Assembly (NCBI GenBank): GCA_023230585.1 | Contig: JALNXB010000003.1 | Coordinates: 22,060 to 86,059 of the forward strand | Direction: 5' to 3' | Length of the DNA: 64,000 bases | Source: a bacterium | Lineage (GTDB): Bacteria; Ratteibacteria; UBA8468; B48-G9; JAFGKM01 | Shown: in pieces, positions 20,853 through 31,615 of the stretch | How the letters are laid out: each line of letters starts with the position of its first letter | How positions within the stretch are numbered: the first letter of the stretch is position 1 | Notes under the pieces: generated by a model | Databases searched by the model: none | Seen by the model: the letters and a program-made list of their open reading frames with translations, nothing else | Told to the model about the DNA's origin: nothing | Translations under genes and position numbers: made by a program

Positions 20853-21773
20853 TTAAACATATTGATACGGGAATGCTCCCCATTCAGATAAGATTTGCGG
20901 TTCAATATTGTAAAACTTTCCTATAGCTATTCTTTTTACATTTTCAAGTTCAATATCTCTGGCTAAAAAATAGAAAAACAGTGGTTCCATACCGTATGGC
21001 ACAATCCTTACACGGCTAAGGTACCCCATCAAAACTTTGAACCTTTCTCTATCAAAAATATCTATTTCAATAGGAACATCTATATTTTTATAAACGTTTT
21101 TTACTGTTTTCCATAAAACTTCTTCTTTCAAAAAATGCTCTTTCTTTATATTTCCACCATCTATAAAATTTTCCTGTTCAAGATGTTTACCGGTAAGTCT
21201 CTTATGCATAAATAAAGAAATATTAGAAAAATCTATCTCAATTTGCAGAAAATAGTTTATCATAGAAGATTTTTGAGTTTTTAAGAGAAGACCTGCTACC
21301 TCATAGTAAGATTGTTTTAAAGATAAAGATATTTCTTCAAAACTTTTATCTTTTAGTTTATTAAGAATAGAAAGTGCAGGTTTAAGAAAAGCCGGTATAT
21401 TCTTATGGTTATTTGTTTTAAAAGATGCCTGAAGTATTTTGTAGTTTACAATTGAATAATCAGAAAAGTTTTCGTTCTTTCCGTTAGCAACAATATTTAG
21501 GTTATGATAATCATATTTTAAAACAAAATATTGGTATAAAGGGATAGGAAGATTTTTTTTAGACTCTTCAATTAGGATAGTTTTTTTGTTATTAAATAGT
21601 TCAGTAAGAGTTTCAATAGTTTTGATATTGTTAGGAATCTCATAAGGAGATTTTTCAAGGATAGTACTAAACTCGTTAAAATCTCGAGATAGAACCAATT
21701 TTTCTATTCTATCTGCCCTCAAAAAATGTTTCTCAAGAGATTTTATACGGCTACTAACGGACAAAATATTCAT
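20853..21773 (-). CDS. atpC: V-type ATP synthase subunit C (d subunit)
   Basis: 306 aa. The internal block VLKYDYHNLNIVANGK and the C-terminal EPLFFYFLARDIELENVKRIAIGKF match conserved blocks of bacterial NtpC/AtpC (KYDYHN..., E..NLR.I..GK). It follows atpK and atpE on the same strand. Confidence 0.7.
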   Translation of the reverse strand: MNILSVSSRIKSLEKHFLRADRIEKLVLSRDFNEFSTILEKSPYEIPNNIKTIETLTELFNNKKTILIEESKKNLPIPLYQYFVLKYDYHNLNIVANGKNENFSDYSIVNYKILQASFKTNNHKNIPAFLKPALSILNKLKDKSFEEISLSLKQSYYEVAGLLLKTQKSSMINYFLQIEIDFSNISLFMHKRLTGKHLEQENFIDGGNIKKEHFLKEEVLWKTVKNVYKNIDVPIEIDIFDRERFKVLMGYLSRVRIVPYGMEPLFFYFLARDIELENVKRIAIGKFYNIEPQILSEWGAFPYQYV

Positions 21774-22351
21774 TATATCTCCTTCAAGATACTAAAATCT
21801 TTCAAGAGAAGAGGCAATTGGTTAGGGTTATATACAGCTACAGCAGGATGATACAGCACAACGATTTTTATCCTGTTAAAAATATCCTCAGATTTTTCAA
21901 AAACTTGCCCGTGGAGACTACTTATAGTACCTTCAACTTTTATGTCAAACTTGTTAAATATATTCTTAAAAGCGTGCCTACCAAGACAACAGATAACTTC
22001 GGGGTTTATAATCTGTATCTGTTTTTCAAAAAACTCTTTACAGTTTTCAACCTCTTCATCTTGTGGGTCCCTATTCTTAGGAGGTCTACATTTTATAATG
22101 TTTGTTATATAGATTTGGTTTCTTGTAAGTTGTACAGATTCAAGAAGAGTATCTAAAATATTTCCAGCTTTCCCGCAAAAAGGGATACCTGTTTTATCTT
22201 CGTTAAAACCGGGAGCTTCACCCACAAAAAGTATTCGAGTATTTACATCCCCTGCACCAAACACAACATTATTTCTTGTTTGCCAGAAATTGCACCTTTT
22301 ACAACCTACCGCTTCCGCTTTAAGTATCTCTATTTGTTTTATTTTTGTCAT
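21773..22351 (-). CDS. udg: Uracil-DNA glycosylase, family 4 (Fe-S type)
   Basis: CKRCNF...GEAPGFNEDKTGIPFCGKAGNILD...IYITNIIKCRPP are the family-4 UDG motifs (GEAPG..ED, [4Fe-4S] cysteines). The likely start is MTKIKQ (22351). The longer track ORF overlaps atpE. A 1-nt overlap (ATGA) links it to atpC. Confidence 0.8.
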   Translation of the reverse strand: MTKIKQIEILKAEAVGCKRCNFWQTRNNVVFGAGDVNTRILFVGEAPGFNEDKTGIPFCGKAGNILDTLLESVQLTRNQIYITNIIKCRPPKNRDPQDEEVENCKEFFEKQIQIINPEVICCLGRHAFKNIFNKFDIKVEGTISSLHGQVFEKSEDIFNRIKIVVLYHPAVAVYNPNQLPLLLKDFSILKEI

Positions 22352-22889
22352 TATCTTCAAAAAGTTCTTTACCAATTTTTTCTCTTATGTATCCCTCTAT
22401 AGATTGGCTAAACCGTTCCCAATTAAAGAGAAGTTTCCAGTTTTTTCCTTCCAAAAGAAAAGAATCGGTAATATTAGCGTCTTTTACAATCTTCGCACCT
22501 TCTATATTTATATCAGAAGACGCCTCTGGAACTTTTATAACCAAATTTTTCTCTTCAACATCTTTCAGAAGACCAGTAATAATACTGGTTATATTCTCTT
22601 TTATGAAAAGATTGAACTTTTTTTTCAGTCCATCCATAACCTCTTTTATCAATACATTTTGAAGTAGAAGCAACTCTTTTTCTTTCTCAAGCCGAAAAAG
22701 ACCTACCTCGATTTCTTTTTCTTTATCTATATTTTCTTTCGCAGATAAAAGTTTTACTTCAAACTCTTTAGTAATAAGTTCTTTTCTTTCTAATAGAGTT
22801 TTTTCAAGTTTTTCAACTGCTTTTCTTATAGTTTCTTCTGATTTAGTTTCAGAGTCCAAAATAATTTTTTCTGTGAGTCGTTTTACCAT
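22320..22889 (-). CDS. atpE: V-type ATP synthase subunit E
   Basis: 189 aa with a long N-terminal charged coiled-coil (EKLEKTLLERKELITKEFEVKLLSAKENIDKEKE) and a globular C-terminus, the architecture of V/A-type E subunits. Located between atpK and atpC. Confidence 0.6.
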   Translation of the reverse strand: MVKRLTEKIILDSETKSEETIRKAVEKLEKTLLERKELITKEFEVKLLSAKENIDKEKEIEVGLFRLEKEKELLLLQNVLIKEVMDGLKKKFNLFIKENITSIITGLLKDVEEKNLVIKVPEASSDINIEGAKIVKDANITDSFLLEGKNWKLLFNWERFSQSIEGYIREKIGKELFEDNDKNKTNRDT

Positions 22890-22904
22890 TTTACTTTTTA
22901 ATAT

Positions 22905-23381
<477 letters not shown>

Positions 23382-23395
23382 TTAATTGCCTCCAT

Positions 23396-24583
23396 TTACG
23401 AATTTTTAGCCTTAATCTTTTTAAGCAAGGCAGGTACGACTTCAAAAACATCTCCTACTATACCCACATTAGCTACCTTAAATATAGGAGCGTCAGGGTC
23501 TTTGTTTATTGCTATAATATAATCTGAGGTTTGCATACCTGCAAGATGTTGTATTGCACCTGATATACCGCAAGCAATATAGATTTTAGGTTTAACAGTT
23601 TTACCTGTCTGACCTACCTGGTGTGGGTATGGCATCCACCCTGAATCAACAGCAGCCCTTGAAGCTCCCACAGCTCCACCAAGAGCATCTGCCAGTTCTT
23701 TAATAATAGCAAAGTTCTTAGGGTCTTTAAGCCCCCTACCACCAGAAACTATAACCTCAGACTCTTGTAAATCAACAATATTGTCAATTTTTTCTCTACC
23801 ACAAAATGTAACCTTATTTTTTATTTTTGACTTATCAAGTTCTTCAACAACAACTTCTGCTTTTCCTGATATTAATGGTGCATCATCAAAAACTTTAGGT
23901 CTTATTGTTGCCATTTGAGGTCTATGGTTTTTACATATTATCTTTGCCATAAGGTTACCCCCAAAAGTTGGTCTTGTCTGCAACAATAGTTTTGTCTCTT
24001 CATCAATGTCTATGCCTGTACAATCGGCTGTTAAACCGGTCTTAACAATGGCCGCAACCATAGGAATAAAAGCTCTACCCATCATTGTTGCACCAGCAAT
24101 AACAATATTAGGAGTATATTTTTCTATAAGTTGTGCCATAGCAAAAGCATAAGGTTCCTCTTGAAAATAATCTAAAGCAGGGTCGTCAATAACATAAACC
24201 TTATCAGCACCTCTTTTACCAAGTTCTTCAACTAAACCAGTAACATTGTTACCTAAAATTATACCAGACACCTCTTCATCAAGACTCTTTTTAAGTTTAA
24301 GAGCCCCGTTTAACATTTCAAGAGCAACCGAAGATAGTTGCCCGTCCCTACTTTCAGCAAAAAACCATATACCTTTATAATGGTCAATATTGGTTTTAAA
24401 GTCTTCTTTTTCTTCTTTATAGAGAGCGTCTTCAGGGCAAACCTTAACACATAAACCACATAAGGTACAGTTTTCGTTTATATATAGCCTACCATCTTTT
24501 ATTTCAATTGCTTCAAAAGGACATTCGTTAATACATTCCTTACAGAGAGTACATTTTTCGTATATTATTTTTACCATAGCCAT
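23396..24583 (-). CDS. etfA: Electron transfer flavoprotein alpha subunit with N-terminal 2x[4Fe-4S] ferredoxin domain
   Basis: N-terminal CTLCKECINECP...CTLCGLCVKVCP (double ferredoxin), then an EtfA FAD-binding domain (VVSGGRGL...ADALGGAVGASRAAVDSGW). The ferredoxin-fused form is common in anaerobes with bifurcating Etf (FixB-like). Confidence 0.8.
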   Translation of the reverse strand: MAMVKIIYEKCTLCKECINECPFEAIEIKDGRLYINENCTLCGLCVKVCPEDALYKEEKEDFKTNIDHYKGIWFFAESRDGQLSSVALEMLNGALKLKKSLDEEVSGIILGNNVTGLVEELGKRGADKVYVIDDPALDYFQEEPYAFAMAQLIEKYTPNIVIAGATMMGRAFIPMVAAIVKTGLTADCTGIDIDEETKLLLQTRPTFGGNLMAKIICKNHRPQMATIRPKVFDDAPLISGKAEVVVEELDKSKIKNKVTFCGREKIDNIVDLQESEVIVSGGRGLKDPKNFAIIKELADALGGAVGASRAAVDSGWMPYPHQVGQTGKTVKPKIYIACGISGAIQHLAGMQTSDYIIAINKDPDAPIFKVANVGIVGDVFEVVPALLKKIKAKNS

Positions 24584-24584
24584 T

Positions 24585-25370
24585 TTACACTACCCCCAAA
24601 TCTTCAAGTTCTTTATATAAAGCCGATGCAAGTTCTTCTGGCTCTCCTTCAACTTTTTTTCCTTCTTTCTGCAACTGTTCAGTCCAAACATCAACAACTC
24701 TTGTTGGAGAACCTTCCTGCCCAAAATTGCATTTTTCTCCTTCTACATCGCAACAACGACAAAACCCTACCTCAGCCTTTTTTGCTTTCAACATACCTTT
24801 AAGAGAAGGTATCCTCGGTTGGTTGATTTCTTTAATAACTGTTATAAGAACTGGTAGTTCTGCTTTTAACTCTTCATAATGGTCTTCCATAAGACGCACA
24901 CAATGTATCTGACCAGAAGAGATATCTATTATTTTGCTCACATAAGTAATATATGGAATACCAAGGTGATAGGCAGTTTCTGGTCCAACCTGCCCTGTAC
25001 TACCGTCAAGAGTCTCTCTACCACACAGTATAATATCAAAATCTTTCAATGTTCTTATACCACAACTTAATATATAAGAGGTTGCGAGAGTATCGCTACC
25101 TGCAAATTCCCTATCACTTAACAGAAGTGCTTCATCAGCCCCCATAGATATAGCCTCCCTAAGAGCTTTTTCTGCCTGAGGCGGTCCCATAGATACAGCC
25201 GTGACCTTACCTCCAAACTTCTCTTTTATTCTAACTGCTTCTTCTATTGCGTAAGTATCATAAGGATTTATAACACTTTCAACGCCTTCTCTTACAATCC
25301 TGTTGGTTTCAGGATCTATTTTTACTTCAAAAGTATCAGGAACCTGCTTAATGCAGACAATTATATTCAT
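24585..25370 (-). CDS. etfB: Electron transfer flavoprotein beta subunit
   Basis: MNIIVCIKQVPDT... is the canonical EtfB/FixA N-terminus. The likely start is the internal Met (25370). The 17-codon upstream extension in the track ORF is probably not translated. Confidence 0.8.
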   Translation of the reverse strand: MNIIVCIKQVPDTFEVKIDPETNRIVREGVESVINPYDTYAIEEAVRIKEKFGGKVTAVSMGPPQAEKALREAISMGADEALLLSDREFAGSDTLATSYILSCGIRTLKDFDIILCGRETLDGSTGQVGPETAYHLGIPYITYVSKIIDISSGQIHCVRLMEDHYEELKAELPVLITVIKEINQPRIPSLKGMLKAKKAEVGFCRCCDVEGEKCNFGQEGSPTRVVDVWTEQLQKEGKKVEGEPEELASALYKELEDLGVV

Positions 25371-25539
25371 ATACAAATCCCCTTGTAAACGAGTTTTAGA
25401 ATAAAAACTCTTCTTTTTCAAGTTTCTCTTTATTTAGAAAATTTATTATAGCACAAAAAGAATATATTTTAAAAAGTAACCTCTACTATACTCATACCTG
25501 TTAGCACCAACTGTTTACAAATTACCAGTCGTTTAAAAA

Positions 25540-25887
25540 TCATTCAATTGGAACTATATTAAATAGATACTCTTCTTGGCTTGCCATTACAGCCAAAATT
25601 TCATACCTGTACGGTTTATCAGTTTTTGATTTAAAAAGATAATATTGAGACGCTTTGAAAAGGTGCTTTTTCTTTCTATTAGTAACCGCCTCTTCCGGGT
25701 ATCCAAATTTTAAAGAACTTCTTGTTTTGACCTCAATAAAAACAATCTCTTTTTTATGTTCAGCAATAATATCTATCTCACCAACACGAGTCTTAAAATT
25801 CCTACAGATAATCTTATAACCTTGTCTTTTTAAAAACTGTGCCCCTTTTTCTTCCCCTTTAGCGCCTAACTTCTGTTTATCCATCAA
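25540..25887 (-). CDS. yraN: YraN-family (UPF0102) endonuclease-like protein
   Basis: 115 aa. GEIDIIAEHKKEIVFIEVKTR is the YraN PD-(D/E)xK signature. Conserved position downstream of rplS. Confidence 0.7.
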   Translation of the reverse strand: MMDKQKLGAKGEEKGAQFLKRQGYKIICRNFKTRVGEIDIIAEHKKEIVFIEVKTRSSLKFGYPEEAVTNRKKKHLFKASQYYLFKSKTDKPYRYEILAVMASQEEYLFNIVPIE

Positions 25888-25890
25888 AAA

Positions 25891-26241
25891 TTATTTAGCT
25901 TTTTTTCTAACGTAGTACATCTTTGCTCTTGGAGCCATTCTATTATTTTTACGTGTTTTAGTAATTTCTATCTTAACAACGTTCGGAGAATAAAGCATAA
26001 AAGTTCTTTCAACACCTTCACCATAAGAGATTTTTCTTACTGTAAAAGTTTGTCTCATCCCGCTACCTTTTTTACCAATGCATAACCCATTAAAGACCTG
26101 TATTCTCTCTTTTTCCCCTTCTTTAATTTTTACGTGAACAGAAATATCGTCACCTGGCCAAAACATTGGCACCTCTTTATCAGGGATTAACTCTTTTTCA
26201 AGTTCTTCGATTTTTTTAATCATTGTTTTCTCCTTTTTCAA
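25891..26241 (-). CDS. rplS: 50S ribosomal protein L19
   Basis: ...[59 protein letters not shown] is unmistakably L19. The start is either MKKEKT (26241, 4-nt overlap with the upstream gene) or MIKKIEEL (26223). Confidence 0.85.
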   Translation of the reverse strand: MKKEKTMIKKIEELEKELIPDKEVPMFWPGDDISVHVKIKEGEKERIQVFNGLCIGKKGSGMRQTFTVRKISYGEGVERTFMLYSPNVVKIEITKTRKNNRMAPRAKMYYVRKKAK

Positions 26242-27230
26242 AAACTTATATGTTTTCCTGTCTGAGCAGAAAGATACGCTGCATCTATAACCATCATAGT
26301 ATCAAGAATTTTTCTACCACTCGAAATGGGTTCAAATTTTTCTCTTATAGCTCTTACAAAATGGTCAACTTCTTTAGTATACGGACTTACATCTGTTTCG
26401 GCTTTTTCGCAAACCCCAGACGGAAAATATTTTAGTTCTCCATCTTTACCAGCAGAACAAGCCCCTTTAACTATAACTGTGGATTCACTCCCTAAAATTT
26501 CAAGATTGTTAGAAGAACCCTTTTCTCTATACGAACCTTGAGCTATTCCCAAAATACCGTTATCAAACTCAATCATAACTATAGAACCACTCTCAACAAC
26601 AGAGCCTTTTTCTGTCTGTAAAAAAGCTGTAACTCTCTGTGGTTTACCAAAAAGGTATACAAGAAGGTCTATACAGTGAGAATTAACATTCATAATCTGC
26701 CCACCACCTGACATATTCTTGTTCTCTCGCCAACCATCAGAAAGAAGCCCACCTGGAATATTAAAAGACCAAATTGCCCTTGCAGAAGATATTCTACCGA
26801 GTTTACCTTCTGAGATTACCTCAGCAGTTCTTATGTTGCACGCCTTAAAACGTAAATGGTGTGCAACCATAAAAGTAACCCCTGCCTTATCACACATATC
26901 CACCATAAGACGTGATTCGACCATATTAAGAGCCATAGGTTTTTCACAAAGAATATGTTTACCTGCCTCTGCTGCTGAAATAACATTAGAACAATGTAAA
27001 TTGTTGGGAGTAGCCAACAACACAGCTTCTATCCGACTATCAGAGAGCATCTCTTCATAACTTTTGTAACATTTTACATCTGGTTCCACAGAAGCAAGTT
27101 TGCCACATCTATCTTTATTTTTATCATAAACACCAGAAATCTCTGCATAGTTAGAGGCTTTTATACCTGGCTGATGAAACTTCTCTGCAATAGCACCATA
27201 CCCCACTATGCCAATCTTTAATTTCATCAA
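26238..27230 (-). CDS. Gfo/Idh/MocA-family NAD(P)-dependent oxidoreductase
   Basis: An N-terminal Rossmann fold ([15 protein letters not shown]) and the EKP motif ([10 protein letters not shown]) of the GFO/IDH/MocA family. ATGA 4-nt overlaps link it to trmD upstream and rplS downstream. Confidence 0.75.
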   Translation of the reverse strand: MMKLKIGIVGYGAIAEKFHQPGIKASNYAEISGVYDKNKDRCGKLASVEPDVKCYKSYEEMLSDSRIEAVLLATPNNLHCSNVISAAEAGKHILCEKPMALNMVESRLMVDMCDKAGVTFMVAHHLRFKACNIRTAEVISEGKLGRISSARAIWSFNIPGGLLSDGWRENKNMSGGGQIMNVNSHCIDLLVYLFGKPQRVTAFLQTEKGSVVESGSIVMIEFDNGILGIAQGSYREKGSSNNLEILGSESTVIVKGACSAGKDGELKYFPSGVCEKAETDVSPYTKEVDHFVRAIREKFEPISSGRKILDTMMVIDAAYLSAQTGKHISF

Positions 27231-27931
27231 ATATTCTCCTTATCTGACCTTTTTAGATATTTCTTATAAAGTTCTGGTTTTCTTTCTTTTGTTCTTTCTA
27301 AGGCTTGTTGTTGACGCCATTCTTCTATTTTTTTATGGTTGCCAGACAGAAGAACATCAGGCACCTTCATTCCTCTAAATACTTCTGGTCTTGTGTAGCA
27401 AGGCCAGTCCAGAAGTCCTTCAAAAAAACTCTCATAAGAAAAAGACTCTTCAGGTAAAACTCCCTGAAGGAGCCGAACAACTCCTTCTGTTACAACCATT
27501 GCAGGCAGTTCTCCGCCGGTCAAGATGTAATCCCCAATAGATATCTCTTCATCACAGATAGATGTTACCCTTTCATCTATACCTTCATAATGCCCGCAGA
27601 TTATAATTATCCCTTCCTCTTTACTAAACTCTTTGGCTTTATTCTGAGTAAAAAGAAGACCCTGAGGAGTAGTCAGTATTACTTTTGCATCATTATTCTC
27701 TTTCTTAATTTCTTCTACAGCTTTAAAGATAGGCTCACATTTAAAAACCATACCTTTCCCACCACCATACGGAGCATCATCAATTTTTTTATGCCTATCT
27801 GCAGGGTCAGCAAAATCTCTTAAATTCCATATCTTAATATAAACTAATTTTTTTTCTCTTGCTCTACCTATTATGCTACTTTCCAAAGGAGTAAACATCT
27901 CTGGAAAAATAGTTAATATATCGATTCTCAT
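27227..27931 (-). CDS. trmD: tRNA (guanine37-N1)-methyltransferase
   Basis: MRIDILTIFPEMF...APYGGGKGMV...LTGGELPAMV are TrmD SPOUT-knot signature blocks. 234 aa. Confidence 0.9.
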   Translation of the reverse strand: MRIDILTIFPEMFTPLESSIIGRAREKKLVYIKIWNLRDFADPADRHKKIDDAPYGGGKGMVFKCEPIFKAVEEIKKENNDAKVILTTPQGLLFTQNKAKEFSKEEGIIIICGHYEGIDERVTSICDEEISIGDYILTGGELPAMVVTEGVVRLLQGVLPEESFSYESFFEGLLDWPCYTRPEVFRGMKVPDVLLSGNHKKIEEWRQQQALERTKERKPELYKKYLKRSDKENI

Positions 27932-28191
27932 TTATCAACATTAGCTGGAATAAATATACCTTTCTTCTTCATCAAACTTTTAACCGTAGGTGAAGGTTTC
28001 GCTCCAACACTAAACCAGTATTGAACTCTATCTTCTTTAATTTCAATTACCTTTTCCTTTGGTATAGGGTCGTAATGTCCCAATATTTCAAGAACATCTC
28101 CTCTCCCATCTTTCTTTTTACTTATTGCCACAATTCTAAAAAATGGCCTATTTTTTTTACCTTTTCTTACTAACCTTATTGTTGCGGACAT
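27928..28191 (-). CDS. rpsP: 30S ribosomal protein S16
   Basis: MSATIRLVRKGKKNRPFFRIVAISKKKDGRGDVLEILGHYDP is canonical S16. Confidence 0.9.
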   Translation of the reverse strand: MSATIRLVRKGKKNRPFFRIVAISKKKDGRGDVLEILGHYDPIPKEKVIEIKEDRVQYWFSVGAKPSPTVKSLMKKKGIFIPANVDK

Positions 28192-28294
28192 ATTTATTTT
28201 TCTCCTTTCTAATATTTTTAAATAACAAAAACACAGGTTAAACTATTTTTAACTTTAATAGAAAACCTGAGACTAAAAAATTATTGTACAACTA

Positions 28295-29368
28295 CTAACC
28301 TACCTCCTCTACCTTTCCACTTTCAAGAGACTTATGAACAGCAACACCTATTTTTGTTGCTTCAAGCCCGTCTTCTCCTAAAGCAGTTATCTCCTTTTTT
28401 ATATCATTAAGAGTTCCACCTTTTCTAAGACGTTCAAGATTATACACGAAATCTGCAATACTTTCAATACCGTAACCTAAATATTTTATTCCTCCTGATT
28501 TATCGCTTTCTTCATATATAAAAGCAGGATTATATGTCATAACACCAGATTTCTCATAAAAAACCCTTGTTCCTCTGTCTTGACTGTCGCACTCAATAAC
28601 ACCTTTATCACCTACAAGTTTAAAACCTTGGTTAACAATCGATTCAAATTTTTCAGGAAAAATCCATGATACATCAAAATTTATTATAACCCCATTTTTA
28701 AACTCTATCATACTGGACACAAAATCATAGGTATCTATTCCCAAACTTTTTAACCTAACCTTACTACCTTTAGCATAAACGGTCTTTCCATCACTACCTA
28801 TTAGCCACCTCATAAGATCAAAAAAATGTACCCCAAGAAACCATACTGGAGAACTTTGAGCAGCCCAAGAAACAAACCAATCTCGAGGTACCACTATCTT
28901 ATCTTCCATATAAGCGTACCCGTATTTCAAGGTACCGGCTTTGTTCTTCTCTATATCTTTTTTGACAGCCAGATGGAAAGGGTCAAACCTTTTATGAAAA
29001 TCTACTTGTAGCAGAAGTTTATTCTTTTTACAAACCTCTATCATTTCCTGGCACCCCTCAACTGTTATATCAAGAGGTTTTTCTACAAAAATATGTTTCC
29101 CTAAATTGGCTGCATATAAAACAGGCTCTCTATGGAAAGGGTCTGGTGTAGCAATCGCAACAGCGTCAACATCTTTTTCAGACAACAACATCTCTTTATA
29201 ATCCAGATATCCCTTTTTTCCGTATCTCTTAGATTGACTTGCAAGTAGATGGGGGTCTATGTCGCACAGTGCAACAAGTTTACATCTACCCTGCTTTTCC
29301 ATTTGAGAAAACGTGTTCAAAATATTGGTGCCAAACCTTCCTGCCCCAATAACAGCCAGTTTAACCAT
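28295..29368 (-). CDS. Gfo/Idh/MocA-family oxidoreductase (second copy)
   Basis: MVKLAVIGAGRFG (Rossmann) plus the EKP motif (IFVEKPLDIT). 357 aa. Confidence 0.7.
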   Translation of the reverse strand: MVKLAVIGAGRFGTNILNTFSQMEKQGRCKLVALCDIDPHLLASQSKRYGKKGYLDYKEMLLSEKDVDAVAIATPDPFHREPVLYAANLGKHIFVEKPLDITVEGCQEMIEVCKKNKLLLQVDFHKRFDPFHLAVKKDIEKNKAGTLKYGYAYMEDKIVVPRDWFVSWAAQSSPVWFLGVHFFDLMRWLIGSDGKTVYAKGSKVRLKSLGIDTYDFVSSMIEFKNGVIINFDVSWIFPEKFESIVNQGFKLVGDKGVIECDSQDRGTRVFYEKSGVMTYNPAFIYEESDKSGGIKYLGYGIESIADFVYNLERLRKGGTLNDIKKEITALGEDGLEATKIGVAVHKSLESGKVEEVG

Positions 29369-29489
29369 TAACTTCTCCCATTTTTAACTATTTTCTGCCA
29401 AATTCAACAAGCTACCCCACACTTTCTATAACAAAAAAACACACTTCGCACTTATTTTAACCCCGCACCTATTTAAAATTAAGCATATC

Positions 29490-31043
29490 TTAAAAGACAA
29501 GATTACTAGAAGGGAAAGCTCCATCCGTTGTAATATATATTCGAAGATTCCTTAACCCTATCTCATCCCCAGGGATAGGAATATGAGTAAAATGAGCATC
29601 GCAACCTGAAAGTTCGTTAAGTTTTGCCATAGCAACCTCAGCTGAAGGATTTGTTGCCGCAGAAAAACTTAATACTATCAAAGTTTCCGCAAGATCAAGA
29701 ATTTCGCTTTTAAGGTTCAGAATATCCCTTTTCATAGTGGCAATATTCTCTATTACGTGTGGTGAAAGAAGATGTATCTGGTCAGGTATACCTGCCAAAT
29801 ATTTTATAGCGTTAAGTACAAGGGAGGAAGCAGCACTCATCAAACAAGAATTTTTTCCTGTTATGATAGTATCATCTTTTAATTGTAAAGCAGCCCCCCA
29901 ACTTATTTTCGGAAGATTTATTCTGTTTTTCCTTTCCTCAGAAGCAGCTTTTCTTGCTGGTTTTACAACCAACCTATCCTCTATTTTAGTTCCACATTCT
30001 TCCATTAGAAGAATCGTCTTATCAACAATCTCTTTACCTCCAACGCCAAGTATAGATTCATACCTATGCCTAAAATATCTTCTTATAAGTTCCTGTTGAG
30101 CCGCCTGCCTAACAAGACTATCATCTATAATTGCTGCTCCAACACGGTTAACCCCCATATCAGTAGGAGAAGAGTAAGGTATCTGCCCGTTTGTTATCTT
30201 TTCAAGAATCCTTTTTAGTACAGGAAAAATTTCAACATCTCTATTATAATTAACAGTACTTTTTCCGTAAGTATTAAGATGAAACGGGTCTATAACATTG
30301 GCATCGTTCACATCTACTGTTGCTGCTTCGTAAGCAAGGTTTACTGGGTGTTTTAAAGGAATATCCCATACAGGAAAAGTTTCAAATTTAGCATATCCCG
30401 AACGTATTCCTCTCTTATGGTCGTGGTAAAGTTGAGACAAACAGGTTGCCAGTTTTCCGCTTCCAGGACCAGGACCTGTCACCACAACAACAGGGTTGTT
30501 CGTCTTTATATAACTGTTTTTACCGTAACCTTCCTCACTCACAATAGTTTCTATATCTGTGGGATACCCTTTTGTAGCAGAATGAAGATATACAGTAATA
30601 TTATGGTTCTCAAGTCGTTTTTGAAAATTTATAGCTTGTGGTTGGTTATCAAAACGTGTTATAACCACCCCAAGAATATCTAACCCATAATCTCTAAGCC
30701 CGTCAATAAGTTTTAGAGTATCTACATCATAAGTAATCCCAAAGTCTCCCCTAATATGCCCTTTTTCTATATCTTCAGCATAGATACAAAGTAGAATATC
30801 TATCTTATCTTCAAGTTGTTTCAAAAGTTTAATCTTGACGTTAGGGTCGTACCCGGGCAAAACTCTGGCAGCGTGGTAATCATAAAGAAGTTTCCCGCCA
30901 AACTCTAAATAGAGTTTCCCTTCAAACATATCTATACGTTTAAGGATTTCTTTGCTCTGCTCTTCAAGATACTTTTCATTATCAAAACCTATACCAGTAA
31001 TCATACCTTCTCTCTTATTTGTAAATTTTTTCAACATCATCAA
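29490..31043 (-). CDS. UPF0371/DUF1846-family protein
   Basis: Extended similarity to the UPF0371 family known from Firmicutes: KLYLEFGGKLL.D.HAARVLPGY.P..KIKLL, GYPTD...GYGKN.YIKT, VTGPGPGSGKLATC...YH, SGYAKFETFPVW..PL.HPVNLAYEAAT.D..D.N.IDPFHL.TYG..TVNYNRD.EIFPVLKR and SPTDMGVN. 517 aa. Confidence 0.75.
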   Translation of the reverse strand: MMMLKKFTNKREGMITGIGFDNEKYLEEQSKEILKRIDMFEGKLYLEFGGKLLYDYHAARVLPGYDPNVKIKLLKQLEDKIDILLCIYAEDIEKGHIRGDFGITYDVDTLKLIDGLRDYGLDILGVVITRFDNQPQAINFQKRLENHNITVYLHSATKGYPTDIETIVSEEGYGKNSYIKTNNPVVVVTGPGPGSGKLATCLSQLYHDHKRGIRSGYAKFETFPVWDIPLKHPVNLAYEAATVDVNDANVIDPFHLNTYGKSTVNYNRDVEIFPVLKRILEKITNGQIPYSSPTDMGVNRVGAAIIDDSLVRQAAQQELIRRYFRHRYESILGVGGKEIVDKTILLMEECGTKIEDRLVVKPARKAASEERKNRINLPKISWGAALQLKDDTIITGKNSCLMSAASSLVLNAIKYLAGIPDQIHLLSPHVIENIATMKRDILNLKSEILDLAETLIVLSFSAATNPSAEVAMAKLNELSGCDAHFTHIPIPGDEIGLRNLRIYITTDGAFPSSNLVF

Positions 31044-31557
31044 CTATCTTTTCAATCGTAGCAAGACGACCTGTCCCTTTCTTGCCTGACGCAAGTTCCC
31101 CTGCTTCTGGTTCAACAAATAGATATCCAACCTTTTTTAACTTCTCTACATTTTCAGAAAGGATTTTATTATTCCACATATTGTCGTTCATAGCAGGCGC
31201 AAAAATCACTTTCCCCTGAAAAGCAATAATCGTGCTGGTCAATAAATCATCACACACGCCAGAGGCAAGTTTTCCTATCACATTTGCGGTGGCTGGAGCT
31301 ACAAGAATAATATCCGCAAATTCAGATAAAGATATATGGCTTATATCGTTAGAGGTGTACGCTTCTTTTGAAAACATATCCAAGTATACAGAATTTCCAG
31401 AAAGGGTTGCAAGGGTAAGAGGCGTAATAAAATGAGAAGCCGCCTTTGTCATAACAACCTTGACATTCCACCCTCTCTTTTTCAACTGCCTAACTATTTC
31501 ACAAGATTTATAAGCAGCAATAGAGCCACAAACCCCAACTACCACATTTTTTCTCAT
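31015..31557 (-). CDS. coaC: Phosphopantothenoylcysteine decarboxylase-type flavoprotein (CoaC-like, no CoaB domain)
   Basis: From the internal Met: MRKNVVVGVCGSIAAYKSCEIVRQLKKRGWNVKVVMTKAASHFITP...ILVAPATANVIGKLASGVCDDLLTS...FAPAMNDNMW...GELASGKKGTGRL is the Flavoprotein (PF02441) / CoaC signature. The longer track ORF would overlap the tRNA, so the start is moved to 31557. Confidence 0.7.
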   Translation of the reverse strand: MRKNVVVGVCGSIAAYKSCEIVRQLKKRGWNVKVVMTKAASHFITPLTLATLSGNSVYLDMFSKEAYTSNDISHISLSEFADIILVAPATANVIGKLASGVCDDLLTSTIIAFQGKVIFAPAMNDNMWNNKILSENVEKLKKVGYLFVEPEAGELASGKKGTGRLATIEKIVDDVEKIYK

Positions 31558-31615
31558 TAGCAACTCCTTAAAATTAGAAACCCCTCCTAAATACACTTTT
31601 TTATAATAAAACAAG

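Noticed and set aside
21773-22375. The long version of the UDG ORF starting at 22375
   Set aside because: It would overlap atpE by 56 nt. The internal Met (MTKIKQ, 22351) gives a family-4 UDG of typical length and reduces the overlap, so the shorter start is preferred.
22290-22667. Plus-strand ORFs 22290..22667 and 22345..22662 (125 and 105 aa)
   Set aside because: They are antisense to atpE and the UDG gene, low-complexity (F/I/K-rich), and typical of spurious ORFs on the opposite strand of AT-rich coding sequence.
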